Notes under the pieces: generated by a model
The model's input: the letters and a program-made list of their open reading frames with translations, nothing else
What the model was told of the DNA's origin: nothing
The model's database searches: none
Made by a program: the position numbers and the translations under genes
Shown: positions 24,090-32,000 of the stretch, one piece after another
Layout: each line of letters begins with the position of its first letter
How positions within the stretch are numbered: position 1 is the first letter of the stretch
Source: Candidatus Hadarchaeota archaeon
GTDB taxonomy: Archaea; Hadarchaeota; Hadarchaeia; Hadarchaeales; Hadarchaeaceae
Assembly: GCA_964514965.1 (NCBI GenBank)
Contig: CAZETV010000001.1
Coordinates: forward strand, 210,001 to 242,000
Reading direction: 5' to 3'
Length of the DNA: 32,000 nt

Positions 24090-24941
24090 GTGCCCGTGAT
24101 CGAAACCAAGAATGTCAAGAAGTATTACGGCAATGTCCGGGGTGTTGAGAAGCTCAGCTTTGAAGTTAAAGAGGGTGAGATATACGGCTTTCTCGGTCCA
24201 AATGGGGCAGGGAAAACAACAACCGTAAAAATCCTATCAAAAATTCTCAGGGGCTATGGTGGGGATATCAAAGTTTTCGGCAAGGATTTAAAAAAGTGGG
24301 GAAAGGATTACTACCAAAGAATTAGCGTTTCCTTTGAGTTTCCCGCCATCTATTCCAAGCTCACGGCGTTTGAAAATTTAGAATTTTTTGCGTCGTTTTA
24401 CAAGAGTCATCTCAAACCGATGGAGGTTCTCAAGATCGTGGGGCTCGGTAAAGAAGCGGACCAAAGAGTCTCGACCTTTTCAAAGGGGATGAAGAAAAAG
24501 CTCGACCTGGCCAGGGCTCTGCTCCCGGGCCCGGAAATACTCTTCCTCGATGAACCCCTTGAGGGACTGGACCCTGCAAGCGCAAGAAAACTCAAAGACC
24601 TCTTCCTGGAGATGAAGGAAGACAGAGGAACAATATTTCTGACGACGCACAACATGTACGTGGCGGACGAACTTTGTGATAGAGTCGCCTTTATAGTCGA
24701 CGGTGCGGTAAAACTCGTCGACAACCCTGAAGAGCTAAAGGTGAAAATGGGCAAGCACAGGGTTAAAGTCGAATACTACGTCAGAAACAGGGCAAAGAGC
24801 AGGGAATTCCCCCTTCAGGAAATTGGTCGGAGCAAGGAGTTCACGGACATTCTCAAAAAATACGAAGTGAGGAGAATAAACACGGAGGAGCCGACGTTGG
24901 AGGAGATCTTCCTGAATATCACGGGCAGGAGGCTCTTATGA
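24090..24941 (+). CDS. ABC transporter ATP-binding protein (ABC-2 exporter type)
   Basis: Walker A GPNGAGKTT, signature FSKGMKKKLDLA, Walker B ILFLDEPLEGLD, H-loop TTHNM. GTG start. Confidence 0.9.
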   Translation: MPVIETKNVKKYYGNVRGVEKLSFEVKEGEIYGFLGPNGAGKTTTVKILSKILRGYGGDIKVFGKDLKKWGKDYYQRISVSFEFPAIYSKLTAFENLEFFASFYKSHLKPMEVLKIVGLGKEADQRVSTFSKGMKKKLDLARALLPGPEILFLDEPLEGLDPASARKLKDLFLEMKEDRGTIFLTTHNMYVADELCDRVAFIVDGAVKLVDNPEELKVKMGKHRVKVEYYVRNRAKSREFPLQEIGRSKEFTDILKKYEVRRINTEEPTLEEIFLNITGRRLL

Positions 24942-25642
24942 GCTTTGCTCAACTGCTGGAGATAGACCTAAGAATCGGAACTCGGAATTACACTTATCCA
25001 ATTTATCTTCTTGCGGCGTTTGCATACGGGCTGATGATTAGGGCGTCGCCAACGGGTTATTACCACGTGGTTGGGCCACTTCTCATATTTTTTGAACCTG
25101 CGCTACTCGGATTCACCTTCGTCGGAACTATAATATTCTCGGAGAAAAAAGATGGCACCATAGGAGCGCTCTCCACCACGCCGATAAATTGGAGAAATTA
25201 CTACATTTCGAAAACTCTGGTGATGACCATCTTGGCCGTGATAGGTGCGTTCATAATTCTCGTGGTGGGAACTGGACTGGGTGCGGACTACGGTTACATT
25301 CTTCCCGGGACCTTTCTGACATCAATTGTCTACACCCTGCTGGGAGTGGCAATAGCGGCGAAATACCGGGATCTGGAGGACTACTTTGTCCCGCTCTTAG
25401 GTGTGCTGATAATTTCCCTTCTTCCATTCGCTGCATACCATGGCCTTATCAGCGGTGCGTGGACAACAATATTATACATCATCCCGAGTTATCCTGCGCT
25501 TTATTTTTTTCAAGCGGGCTTTGAGAGCGTGCCATCAGAAACACTTATCATCTCCGGAGTGGCGCTGATAGTTTGGGCCATCATCGCATACTACCTTGCC
25601 AGACATAAATTTCACAGCTGTGCGGTGGAGGGAGGAGAATGA
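24938..25642 (+). CDS. ABC-2 type transporter permease, subunit 1
   Basis: 234 aa, about 6 TM. The start overlaps the ATPase stop (ATGA), which suggests translational coupling. Confidence 0.75.
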   Translation: MSFAQLLEIDLRIGTRNYTYPIYLLAAFAYGLMIRASPTGYYHVVGPLLIFFEPALLGFTFVGTIIFSEKKDGTIGALSTTPINWRNYYISKTLVMTILAVIGAFIILVVGTGLGADYGYILPGTFLTSIVYTLLGVAIAAKYRDLEDYFVPLLGVLIISLLPFAAYHGLISGAWTTILYIIPSYPALYFFQAGFESVPSETLIISGVALIVWAIIAYYLARHKFHSCAVEGGE

Positions 25643-26346
25643 GTTTTATCAGGAGATTTCTGAGCATCTTCAAGGCCGACCTGAAGATGACCAGAAGAGA
25701 TCCGATTCTGCTTTACACCGTTTTGATGACCCTCGTCTTCCTCGTTTTGGTGCGGTGTCTAAAGGGTGCTATCCCTCCCCAGCTTTATTTTGCCCCTGCA
25801 TTCTTCACAATCCTCTTGATCCCTATGGTATTCGGTATGGCGCCCGGTTTCATAGTGGTAAACGAGAAGGAAGAGAAGACCATCCAGGCCCTGCAGGTTG
25901 TGCCGATTTCAAGTGCTGGATTTCTGGCTTACAGACTTTTCTGGAGTGCCATCCTAACAGCTGCTCTGTGCATCGCCGCACCTACGATACTGGACACACC
26001 CATCGCGATAGGACCTCTGATTATGCTGGCAGTATTGCTGGTTTTTGAGACGATGATTTTTGCCCTACTTATAATCGACTTCCCCCAAACCAGGATGCAG
26101 GCATTGACGATGATGAAGATAGTGGGGTGGATCCTGCTCCTTCCCATTGTTGTAAAATTCATAGTCGTGATGGGTAATTTCTCCACGGACTGGTGCACCT
26201 TCACGGCTTTTCTGCCCACTCACTGGATATACAAATTTTATGAGGGGACTTCGCTTGGGGATTATGGTGCCTTTTGGATAGGCCTAGTGATTCATGCTGT
26301 TTGGCTCGGTGCCCTGACCCTGATCTTCAGAAGGAGAGTTCTCTGA
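25639..26346 (+). CDS. ABC-2 type transporter permease, subunit 2
   Basis: 235 aa, about 6 TM. The start overlaps the preceding permease stop (ATGA). Confidence 0.75.
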   Translation: MSFIRRFLSIFKADLKMTRRDPILLYTVLMTLVFLVLVRCLKGAIPPQLYFAPAFFTILLIPMVFGMAPGFIVVNEKEEKTIQALQVVPISSAGFLAYRLFWSAILTAALCIAAPTILDTPIAIGPLIMLAVLLVFETMIFALLIIDFPQTRMQALTMMKIVGWILLLPIVVKFIVVMGNFSTDWCTFTAFLPTHWIYKFYEGTSLGDYGAFWIGLVIHAVWLGALTLIFRRRVL

Positions 26347-26470
26347 TATCCATCCCGAGAATCGCAACGTGCCTTTCCTTATCACCGAAATTCAAGTTAA
26401 ACTGGTTTTTGGACTTTTGATAAAACGAACTAACCTTGTGGCTCGTTAAACGTGAACGACGTGAAGAAGA

Positions 26471-26545
26471 TGCCCCCGCCGGGATTTGAACCCGAGTCGC
26501 GAGCTCGAGAGGCTCGCATGATTGACCGGTCTACACCACAGGGGC
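26471..26545 (-). tRNA. tRNA-Glu (anticodon CUC), no intron, CCA not encoded
   Basis: GCCCCTG-TG-GTGTAGACCGGTCAATCAT-G-CGAGC-CTCTCGA-GCTCG-CGAC-TCGGG-TTCAAAT-CCCGG-CGGGGGC-A. The D-arm string GGTGTAG.CCGG.CAATCAT is typical of archaeal tRNA-Glu. Confidence 0.9.
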
Positions 26546-26567
26546 ACCGTTTAATCGTACCCGCTCA

Positions 26568-26579
26568 AATGTAAAAAGT
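26568..26579 (-). promoter_or_regulatory. TATA-like box upstream of tRNA-Glu
   Basis: The minus strand reads ctttttacattt, centred about 28 nt upstream of the tRNA 5' end. Confidence 0.35.
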
Positions 26580-26644
26580 TTCTCAGGATGGCGGGCCCGG
26601 TAGACTAGAACCCGAGTCCAAGCTTGCTGCCGTTTTTTTGATAT

Positions 26645-27577
26645 TCACGGAATTTTTTCCAAGACAGCTTCGACATTCCACATATTCGAGTCTCGGAGAA
26701 TCCGTATCTCTACTTTTTCTCCAACATTTCTTTTTTGAATTTCTTCCACCAGTTCTTCTATTTTATTTGTTGTTTTGCCCTCGAATTCAAGAACGATATC
26801 ACCGGGAACGATTCCAGAATTGTCTGCGGGGCTGCCCGACATCACTCTTGCAACAAGAACTCCTTTGACAACAGGCAAGCCATAATAAGATGAGATTTCT
26901 CTGGTGATAGTCAATCCACTTATACCCAGCCAAGCCCCAATCACACCTTTGCGAGTAATTATTTCTTCGGCGCATTTTTTAGCTGAATTTATCGGAATAG
27001 CGAAACCTATGCCCTGAGCAAAAGGGATAATCGCTGTGTTAATGGCGACCACTTTCCCCCGCATATCAACCAGAGGTCCACCACTATTCCCAGGATTTAT
27101 AGCGGCGTCGGTTTGAACGAGATTTTCTATCACGCCTCGTTGAGATTCTATAGATCTGTTCAGAGCGCTTACCACCCCAGAGGTAACTGTCGGACCACCG
27201 GTGAGTCCGAAAGGATTGCCAATAGCAAAAACCCTTTGACCAACTTTTAATTTATCAGAGTCACCCAGTTCTGCGGCCGGGAGCTTTTCACCCTTCACTT
27301 TAATAATAGCCACATCATGGATTGAACATGACCCCACAATTTCCCCGGATAACGTATGCCCATCGACCGTAGTAACGCCGATTTTCTCTGCATCCATAAT
27401 AACATGGTTGTTTGTCAAGATGTGGTCTTTTGAAATAATAATCCCCGAACCCATTCCTTTGAGCGGGACTACTCTGTAGAAGATGTGGTGGAGAAGCTTA
27501 ATCGTGCTTACGTTGACCACACTGTGACTGACTTTATCTAGCACTTCCAAAACTGAAGCCTCATCATAATTTGGCAA
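26645..27577 (-). CDS. HtrA/DegP-family trypsin-like serine protease with C-terminal PDZ domain
   Basis: Catalytic triad contexts TNNHVI (His), HDVAIIKV (Asp) and GNSGGPLV (Ser). PDZ-like segment GVLVARVMSGSPADNSGIVPGDIVLEFEG. No obvious signal peptide. Confidence 0.9.
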   Translation of the reverse strand: MPNYDEASVLEVLDKVSHSVVNVSTIKLLHHIFYRVVPLKGMGSGIIISKDHILTNNHVIMDAEKIGVTTVDGHTLSGEIVGSCSIHDVAIIKVKGEKLPAAELGDSDKLKVGQRVFAIGNPFGLTGGPTVTSGVVSALNRSIESQRGVIENLVQTDAAINPGNSGGPLVDMRGKVVAINTAIIPFAQGIGFAIPINSAKKCAEEIITRKGVIGAWLGISGLTITREISSYYGLPVVKGVLVARVMSGSPADNSGIVPGDIVLEFEGKTTNKIEELVEEIQKRNVGEKVEIRILRDSNMWNVEAVLEKIP

Positions 27578-27653
27578 GATTCCCCTCCAAACTTTAGAAC
27601 AAAATATTTAGGCCTTCCTACTTTTTATTTTTTTTGATAATGGAAGTTTAGAA

Positions 27654-28505
27654 CTACATAAATTCCTGTAAAACACTCTGAACCGAGGGTAACGGTTTTT
27701 CACCGACGAGCACTCGGTCACCCAGCAACTGCTTTTCGTAAATTTCTTTCTTCACTTGGTAAAAGAGACCAATCGGGATTCGATCGTTCCACTCCTTGGC
27801 TTTCTCCCATGCCGCCGCGAAGTCCTCCAAGTTGTGCCCTTCTTTGTTGAGATCGTAAACTTTGGGTTTGAATTTTTCCAGAGTGGGGTTGAAGCTCGGG
27901 CAGTGCTGAAGAACATCAATGAAGGCAAATCCGCGATGTCGCATCGCCTGCAAGATGAGGGAGCGCAGGTGCTGCATATCTCCAGTGAAGCCACGGGCCA
28001 CGAACGTCGCGCCACAGGCCAGCATCAGGTGAAGCGGGTTAAGCGGGGGCTCGAAGCTCCCCCTGGGGGCTGACTTGGTCCTGAACCCTATGGGGGTAGT
28101 GGGGGTGATTTGGGAAGTTGTCAGGGCGAAAACCTGGTTGTCGTGCACGACGAAGGTGGCATCGAGATTTCTCCGGGCCGCGTGGATGAGGTGGCTGACC
28201 CCCTCGTCGTAAGCGTCGCCATCGCCGGCAAACCCGATAACTTTCAGGCGCTGGTTCGCAACCTTCATGCCCATGATGGGCGGTACTACCCTGCCGTGCA
28301 GACAGTAAAAGCTGTTGACCTTGATGTAGTCAGATACCTCACCGTGACAGCCAATCCCAGAAGAGACGACGATCTGCTCCGGCTTCACGTCTTCCGACCT
28401 CACGAGCTCGGCCATTGCCCATTTGACTGCCGCGAGAATGATGAAGTTGCCGCACCCAGGGCACCAAGTGTTCTTGGCAGGACTATCGAATTCTCTTATG
28501 TCCAC
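27654..28505 (-). CDS. 2-oxoacid:ferredoxin oxidoreductase, beta subunit (TPP-binding)
   Basis: WCPGCGNF, GIGCHG, and GFAGDGDAYDEG (the TPP GDG motif). The start is set at GTG 28505 (VDIREFDSPAKNTWCPGCG), overlapping the alpha stop by 10 nt. The upstream 94 codons of the listed ORF lie inside the alpha gene in another frame. Confidence 0.88.
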   Translation of the reverse strand: MDIREFDSPAKNTWCPGCGNFIILAAVKWAMAELVRSEDVKPEQIVVSSGIGCHGEVSDYIKVNSFYCLHGRVVPPIMGMKVANQRLKVIGFAGDGDAYDEGVSHLIHAARRNLDATFVVHDNQVFALTTSQITPTTPIGFRTKSAPRGSFEPPLNPLHLMLACGATFVARGFTGDMQHLRSLILQAMRHRGFAFIDVLQHCPSFNPTLEKFKPKVYDLNKEGHNLEDFAAAWEKAKEWNDRIPIGLFYQVKKEIYEKQLLGDRVLVGEKPLPSVQSVLQEFM

Positions 28506-30187
28506 TCGAATGCCTCCTTTAGCTTCGCCGCGAGCCCCACGGGGTCGAATGGTCTCCCGTCGCTCTTGAGTATCGCCTTCTCGATGTAGCGTCCCGTCTG
28601 CTCCCTGATAAGCGAGCGAAGCTGCCCAGTCATGTTGACCTCGACGCAAACAATGCTCTTCGCCTGCTCCAAGTGCCCTTCCACGCCCCATGCGGGGAAG
28701 GGACTGAGGTACATAATCTGTAGAAACTTCAGCGGCTTGTCGATGAGTTGCATCGCCTCGAGCACCGCGCCCTTGGTTGACCCCCACGAAACTACCAAAT
28801 TCTCTGCGTTGGAGTCACCGTGAATTTTCACATTTTCTCGCTTCTTTAAATCCTCGATTATTCCTTCCATTTTCCGCAGTCGTTTCTGCAGCATGTTGGT
28901 TATGCCCTCGCGGGTGTCGACCTCGTATCCTTGCTCGTCGTGCTCGTAGCTCGAAACTTTAACAATTGCCCCAGGCGTTCCGGGGAGGACTATGGGGGAA
29001 ACCCCGCTGTCGGTGAATTTGTATCGTTTGTACTCATCCTCCCACCTTTCGACAATACTGCTGGGCTCAACGTTTACTTTGCGCTCATCAATCACGATGC
29101 TCATATAGCTCTCCAGCAGGTGCTTGTCCGCCAAAACCACGACCGGAATCTGATATCTCCAAGCGAGGTTCATTGCTTCTCCACATTTCACGAACGCCTC
29201 CTCGGGATCTCCTGGTGCTACCACTATGCGGGGAAACTCTCCATGCCCGGCGTGAAGAATGAACTCCAGGTCGGCCTGCGCTGTGTAAGTCGGCGCTCCT
29301 ACAGCAGGCGCCGGGCGCTGACCCACCACGAAGATCGCTGGTATCTCGGACTGGCCCGCCATGCTGAATGCCTCCTGCATCAGCGCGAACCCTCCACTGG
29401 CTGTACCAACCATGCACCTCACCCCACCGTAGGCGACGCCCAATGCCATGTTGGCCACGCCCACCTCATTCTCGGGATGAACCACCGCTATCCCGAGCTC
29501 ATCCTGATGTGTACCCATAAAAGAAAGGATCGGGGTTGATGGCGTCATCGGGTAACTTATGTAAACTTTCATTCCTGCCTTTACTGCCCCGAGCGAGACG
29601 GCTTCGGTCCCGGAAATGAAAGGAGTCGGACCGCGCTTGACTGAATCGAGTTTGAGGATTTGATCGAATTTCTGCTTGGCGTGGTTGAACCCCATGCTTG
29701 CAATCGCGATGTTTTTTTCAGCCTTTTTGCCGTAAACCGAAGTCAAGATTTCGTTAACGAGGTCAAGAGGCATACCATACAGGTGGGCGATGGAACCAAT
29801 CATAGCTGAGTTTCTCATTATCGGGATGCCCCCAACTTCCCTGACCATGGTGGAGAGTGGGATCGGGTAAGCATTGTGTGATCCGGTATAACTCGCCTTG
29901 TCACTGTCGAAGAGTACACGGCCATCCTCCGTCAATTCATTATCGTGTCGGGATATTGTGTCTTGATTAAGGGCGGCAACCAGACCCACCGCTTCCAGAT
30001 GGCTCCATATCTGACGACTTGAAGCCCTCACTCTACAGAAGTTGTGGCCGCCTCGGATGAGAGAGGGATAGTCACTTATGACGAAAGCGTAAAGGCCGAG
30101 GCGGTTGAAAGCCTTGCCTAAGAGCTCTGCTGTCCGCATCACCCCGTCTCCAGCCTCTCCGCCAATGAGAAAAGAAATATCCTGCAT
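28496..30187 (-). CDS. 2-oxoacid:ferredoxin oxidoreductase, alpha subunit (fused gamma-alpha type)
   Basis: 563 aa. Gamma-like N-terminus FLIGGEAGDGVMRTAELLGKAF, then an alpha domain (ISYPMTPSTPIL, GASGGFALMQEA-like TASGGFALMQEAFSMAG). The two-subunit architecture resembles Sulfolobus-type OFOR or KorAB. Confidence 0.9.
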   Translation of the reverse strand: MQDISFLIGGEAGDGVMRTAELLGKAFNRLGLYAFVISDYPSLIRGGHNFCRVRASSRQIWSHLEAVGLVAALNQDTISRHDNELTEDGRVLFDSDKASYTGSHNAYPIPLSTMVREVGGIPIMRNSAMIGSIAHLYGMPLDLVNEILTSVYGKKAEKNIAIASMGFNHAKQKFDQILKLDSVKRGPTPFISGTEAVSLGAVKAGMKVYISYPMTPSTPILSFMGTHQDELGIAVVHPENEVGVANMALGVAYGGVRCMVGTASGGFALMQEAFSMAGQSEIPAIFVVGQRPAPAVGAPTYTAQADLEFILHAGHGEFPRIVVAPGDPEEAFVKCGEAMNLAWRYQIPVVVLADKHLLESYMSIVIDERKVNVEPSSIVERWEDEYKRYKFTDSGVSPIVLPGTPGAIVKVSSYEHDEQGYEVDTREGITNMLQKRLRKMEGIIEDLKKRENVKIHGDSNAENLVVSWGSTKGAVLEAMQLIDKPLKFLQIMYLSPFPAWGVEGHLEQAKSIVCVEVNMTGQLRSLIREQTGRYIEKAILKSDGRPFDPVGLAAKLKEAFEWT

Positions 30188-30373
30188 TCCAGCCCTTTCA
30201 AAAGCTTCGTTTTATCCCAAAGGCCTGTTTAAGTGTTTGTATCGCCGTACTTTCGAAAGAACCCGTCAAAACTTCAGGTTTAAATTCTACTTCGCTTGGA
30301 AAGAGTGGCCCTGCGATAAATATCCCCATAGTTTCTACAATATACTATTAATCCTCAAAAGATAAAATTATTA

Positions 30374-30670
30374 CGCCGGTGAGCTGGTGGGCGACTTCCG
30401 GGCGAAAGCCTGAGGAAACTCCGTCCATCAAGCAGGCCCGCGAACCCAAAAGGGTACGGTCGAGAGATCGGGAAGATGGAACAGAAACGACACCTCCCGA
30501 CTCGCGCAAGGATGCGGTGACGCTGAGGTCGAGTCGACGGGGATGAAACGGCCATCACGCGGGATGCAAGGGCAAATTACCGCCGATGAACGCCTACTGG
30601 AGGTGGGTGGTAGCCCGCTAAGCTAAATGTCGCCTTAAAACAGAAGACGGGTTACATCCAGCACGCCGGC
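30374..30670 (+). ncRNA. rnpB: RNase P RNA (archaeal type A-like)
   Basis: CR-I-like GAGGAAACUCCGUCC at about 30411-30425 and CR-V-like ACAGAAGACGGGUUAC at about 30640-30655. Together they can form P4 (AACUCCGUC / GACGGGUU) with the conserved bulged U. P1 pairs 12 of 13 positions between GCCGGUGAGCUGG (5' end) and CCAGCACGCCGGC (3' end). About 297 nt. Confidence 0.85.
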
Positions 30671-30740
30671 TTTGGTTATCTAACAAGATTGTCGGCTAAC
30701 AATTAAATATTATGAAAACTAACAACTAAGTGGGTAAAAA

Positions 30741-31049
30741 ATGTTATCGACAATACCCATAAATCTTGAGAAAGTAAAAAAAGAAGACTTGAATAAAGAA
30801 ATTCTAAGAATCGGGATAATAGCAGAATTGGACGCCGTAAATCTCTACGAACAAATGGCGGCCATGACCGAAAATGAAAATATTAAGAAAATTCTTTTAG
30901 ACATAACAAAAGAAGAAAAAACACATGTTGGAGAATTTCAAACTTTGTTGTTGAAAGAAGACAAAGAGCAAGAAAAAGAATTGGAAGAAGGCAAAAAAGA
31001 AGTTAATGAATTAGTGGGTAAAACAAGCCCATTGCAGCAAAAAACATGA
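30741..31049 (+). CDS. small ferritin-like protein resembling encapsulated ferritin (EncFtn-like)
   Basis: 102 aa. IAELDAVNLYEQMA and LLDITKEEKTHVGEF match by eye the EncFtn iron-ligand pattern (E-x-x-E/D-A-V-x-x-Y-x-Q ... E-E-K-x-H). The C-terminus is acidic/coiled, with no Gly-rich GSLxIGSL-type targeting peptide. Confidence 0.55.
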   Translation: MLSTIPINLEKVKKEDLNKEILRIGIIAELDAVNLYEQMAAMTENENIKKILLDITKEEKTHVGEFQTLLLKEDKEQEKELEEGKKEVNELVGKTSPLQQKT

Positions 31050-31074
31050 TTGAAGCTAGGAATTTGATGATCGC

Positions 31075-31590
31075 ATGGTAAAATTGTGGAGATGCGAGAT
31101 TTGTGGTGACCCCTACATAGGGGAGAGTCCGCCAAATAACTGCCCTTTTTGTGGGGCACATATAAAATACATGAAAGAGGTGAAAGAAGCCAAAGTTAAT
31201 TTTGATGTTGAACTGAATGATAAAGATAAAGCGAATGCTGAGCGCGCTTTACAGGTAGAAGTGAGCAACGCTGCGTTTTATTTCTGCGCTGCCGAAAAAA
31301 CAGACGACGAAGGAAAATTATTGTTCAAGGCTTTAGGAAAAGTAGAAGCAGAACATGCCAGTGTCTGGAAGAAAATATTAAAGCTTGAAAAAGTACCTCA
31401 GGCGAGTGAGCAATGTCACGTAAGCAATAAAGAAAATTTAGAAGAATCCCATGCGAGAGAAACAAGAGCCATTGAATTTTATGAAAAGGCAGCTGCAGAT
31501 TCTGAGAATGAGAGAGTAAAACAGATATTTGAAGCGTTTGTCGAAGTGGAAAAATATCATTTAAAACTTTCAGAAGAAAGGCTAGAATAA
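31075..31590 (+). CDS. rubrerythrin-family protein with N-terminal rubredoxin-like Cys4 ribbon (reverse domain order)
   Basis: The N-terminus has CEICG...CPFCG. The four-helix diiron pattern follows: EVSNAAFY, VEAEHASVW (ExxH), EESHARETRAIEFY and VEVEKYH (ExxH). Confidence 0.8.
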   Translation: MVKLWRCEICGDPYIGESPPNNCPFCGAHIKYMKEVKEAKVNFDVELNDKDKANAERALQVEVSNAAFYFCAAEKTDDEGKLLFKALGKVEAEHASVWKKILKLEKVPQASEQCHVSNKENLEESHARETRAIEFYEKAAADSENERVKQIFEAFVEVEKYHLKLSEERLE

Positions 31591-31624
31591 TCACGCTCAA
31601 GGCGAGAAAAAAAGGAGGTGAAAC

Positions 31625-32000
31625 ATGGCAGGACTAAAACGGATTTACAAATGCAATGTTTGCGGAAATATAGTCGAAGTTTTGCACGCAGGAGTAGGAG
31701 AGCTTGTTTGTTGCGGACAGCCGATGGAATTACTTAAAGGGAAGACTAAGGATGTTGGTCTAGAGAAACATGTCCCTGTTATAGAAAAAACAGATGCGGG
31801 AATAAAAGTAAAAATCGGTTCAGTTCCCCACCCAATGGAAGAAAACCACCACATAGAATGGGTGGAGATAATCGCCGATGGTGAGGTTTTCAGAAAATTC
31901 TTGAAACCAAGCGATAAACCAGAAGCAGAATTCGAAATAAAAACAGAAATGATTGAAGCAAGAGAATACTGCAATATCCACGGTTTGTGGAAGTCCGGAT
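31625..32000 (+). CDS. dfx: desulfoferrodoxin / 2Fe superoxide reductase (3'-truncated by window end)
   Basis: My own translation: [37 protein letters not shown] (desulforedoxin-like CxxC...CC). It continues [32 protein letters not shown] (SOR centre II ligands). Strong SD ggaggtg lies 6 nt upstream. It is absent from the ORF track because no stop falls within the window. Confidence 0.9.
   Translation, partial: MAGLKRIYKCNVCGNIVEVLHAGVGELVCCGQPMELLKGKTKDVGLEKHVPVIEKTDAGIKVKIGSVPHPMEENHHIEWVEIIADGEVFRKFLKPSDKPEAEFEIKTEMIEAREYCNIHGLWKSG

Noticed and set aside
26588-26625. tRNA-like fragment upstream of tRNA-Glu; it shares GACTCGGGTTC (11 nt) with the tRNA-Glu T-arm region and ends ...CCGGGCCCGCCA
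   Set aside because: I could not fold it into a T-arm/acceptor or any cloverleaf half. No integrase or matching direct repeat is nearby. It may be a decayed duplication or the htrA 3' region. It is worth a quick covariance-model scan, but I cannot support it as a feature.
28506-28787. 94-codon N-terminal extension of the OFOR beta ORF (MGVNQGRGARGD...)
   Set aside because: It lies entirely inside the alpha-subunit gene in another frame and is Arg/Gly-rich nonsense. The conserved beta N-terminus (VDIREFDSPAKNTWCPGCG) starts at GTG 28505, overlapping the alpha stop.
28110-29539. Plus-strand ORFs of 159 aa and 202 aa, and a minus-strand 109-aa alternate-frame ORF
   Set aside because: All overlap the OFOR alpha and beta genes in GC-rich DNA, where long spurious frames are expected. 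No recognisable motifs.
30355-30558. 67-aa minus-strand ORF (Arg/Pro-rich)
   Set aside because: It lies within the RNase P RNA gene, so it is a GC-rich structured-RNA artefact.
31645-31974. 109-aa minus-strand ORF
   Set aside because: It is antisense to the clearly identifiable desulfoferrodoxin gene, which is missing from the track only because it has no stop within the window.
1-32000. Search for CRISPR arrays, transposases, integrases, toxin-antitoxin pairs, retron/DGR-like elements and rRNA
   Set aside because: I found no regularly spaced direct repeats, no DDE/tyrosine-recombinase-like ORFs, no reverse-transcriptase motifs and no rRNA-like conserved strings. The only notable repeats are the paralog-derived ones reported above.

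Overview
The window looks like archaeal chromosome. Evidence: a class I lysyl-tRNA synthetase, tRNA genes with bulge-helix-bulge introns, an archaeal-type RNase P RNA, a short ERCC4/XPF nuclease, an NFACT/Rqc2 homolog and KaiC-like ATPases. The lineage cannot be fixed from sequence alone. I support about 33 protein-coding genes, 3 tRNAs (2 with introns) and 1 RNase P RNA. I saw no CRISPR array, transposase, integrase or rRNA.

The GC-richer flanks are mostly housekeeping:
- lysK, a class I aminotransferase, XPF and NFACT
- NfeD and stomatin
- proC, larB and tsaC
- an ABC-2 exporter and HtrA
- a two-subunit 2-oxoacid:ferredoxin oxidoreductase

The most unusual part is an AT-rich signalling island of about 10 kb (about 3.1-13.3 kb). 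It holds two paralogous modules, each made of a stand-alone CheY-like receiver, a roughly 90-aa 3-TM protein and a membrane histidine kinase. The kinases share a conserved cytoplasmic domain of about 280 aa that I cannot assign to any known sensor family. The modules bracket a signal-peptide-less solute-binding protein and a UbiA-family prenyltransferase. A convergent pair of KaiC-like proteins follows, one with intact Walker motifs and one degenerate.

The two receiver genes are inverted relative to each other. They share perfectly identical 33-nt and 58-nt terminal patches although their centres have diverged. The second kinase appears to be split by a single-nucleotide frameshift.

The 3' end of the window carries an oxidative-stress cluster: an EncFtn-like mini-ferritin, a reverse-order rubrerythrin and desulfoferrodoxin. 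No encapsulin shell gene is visible. All functional calls come from motif reading by eye; no database search was possible.
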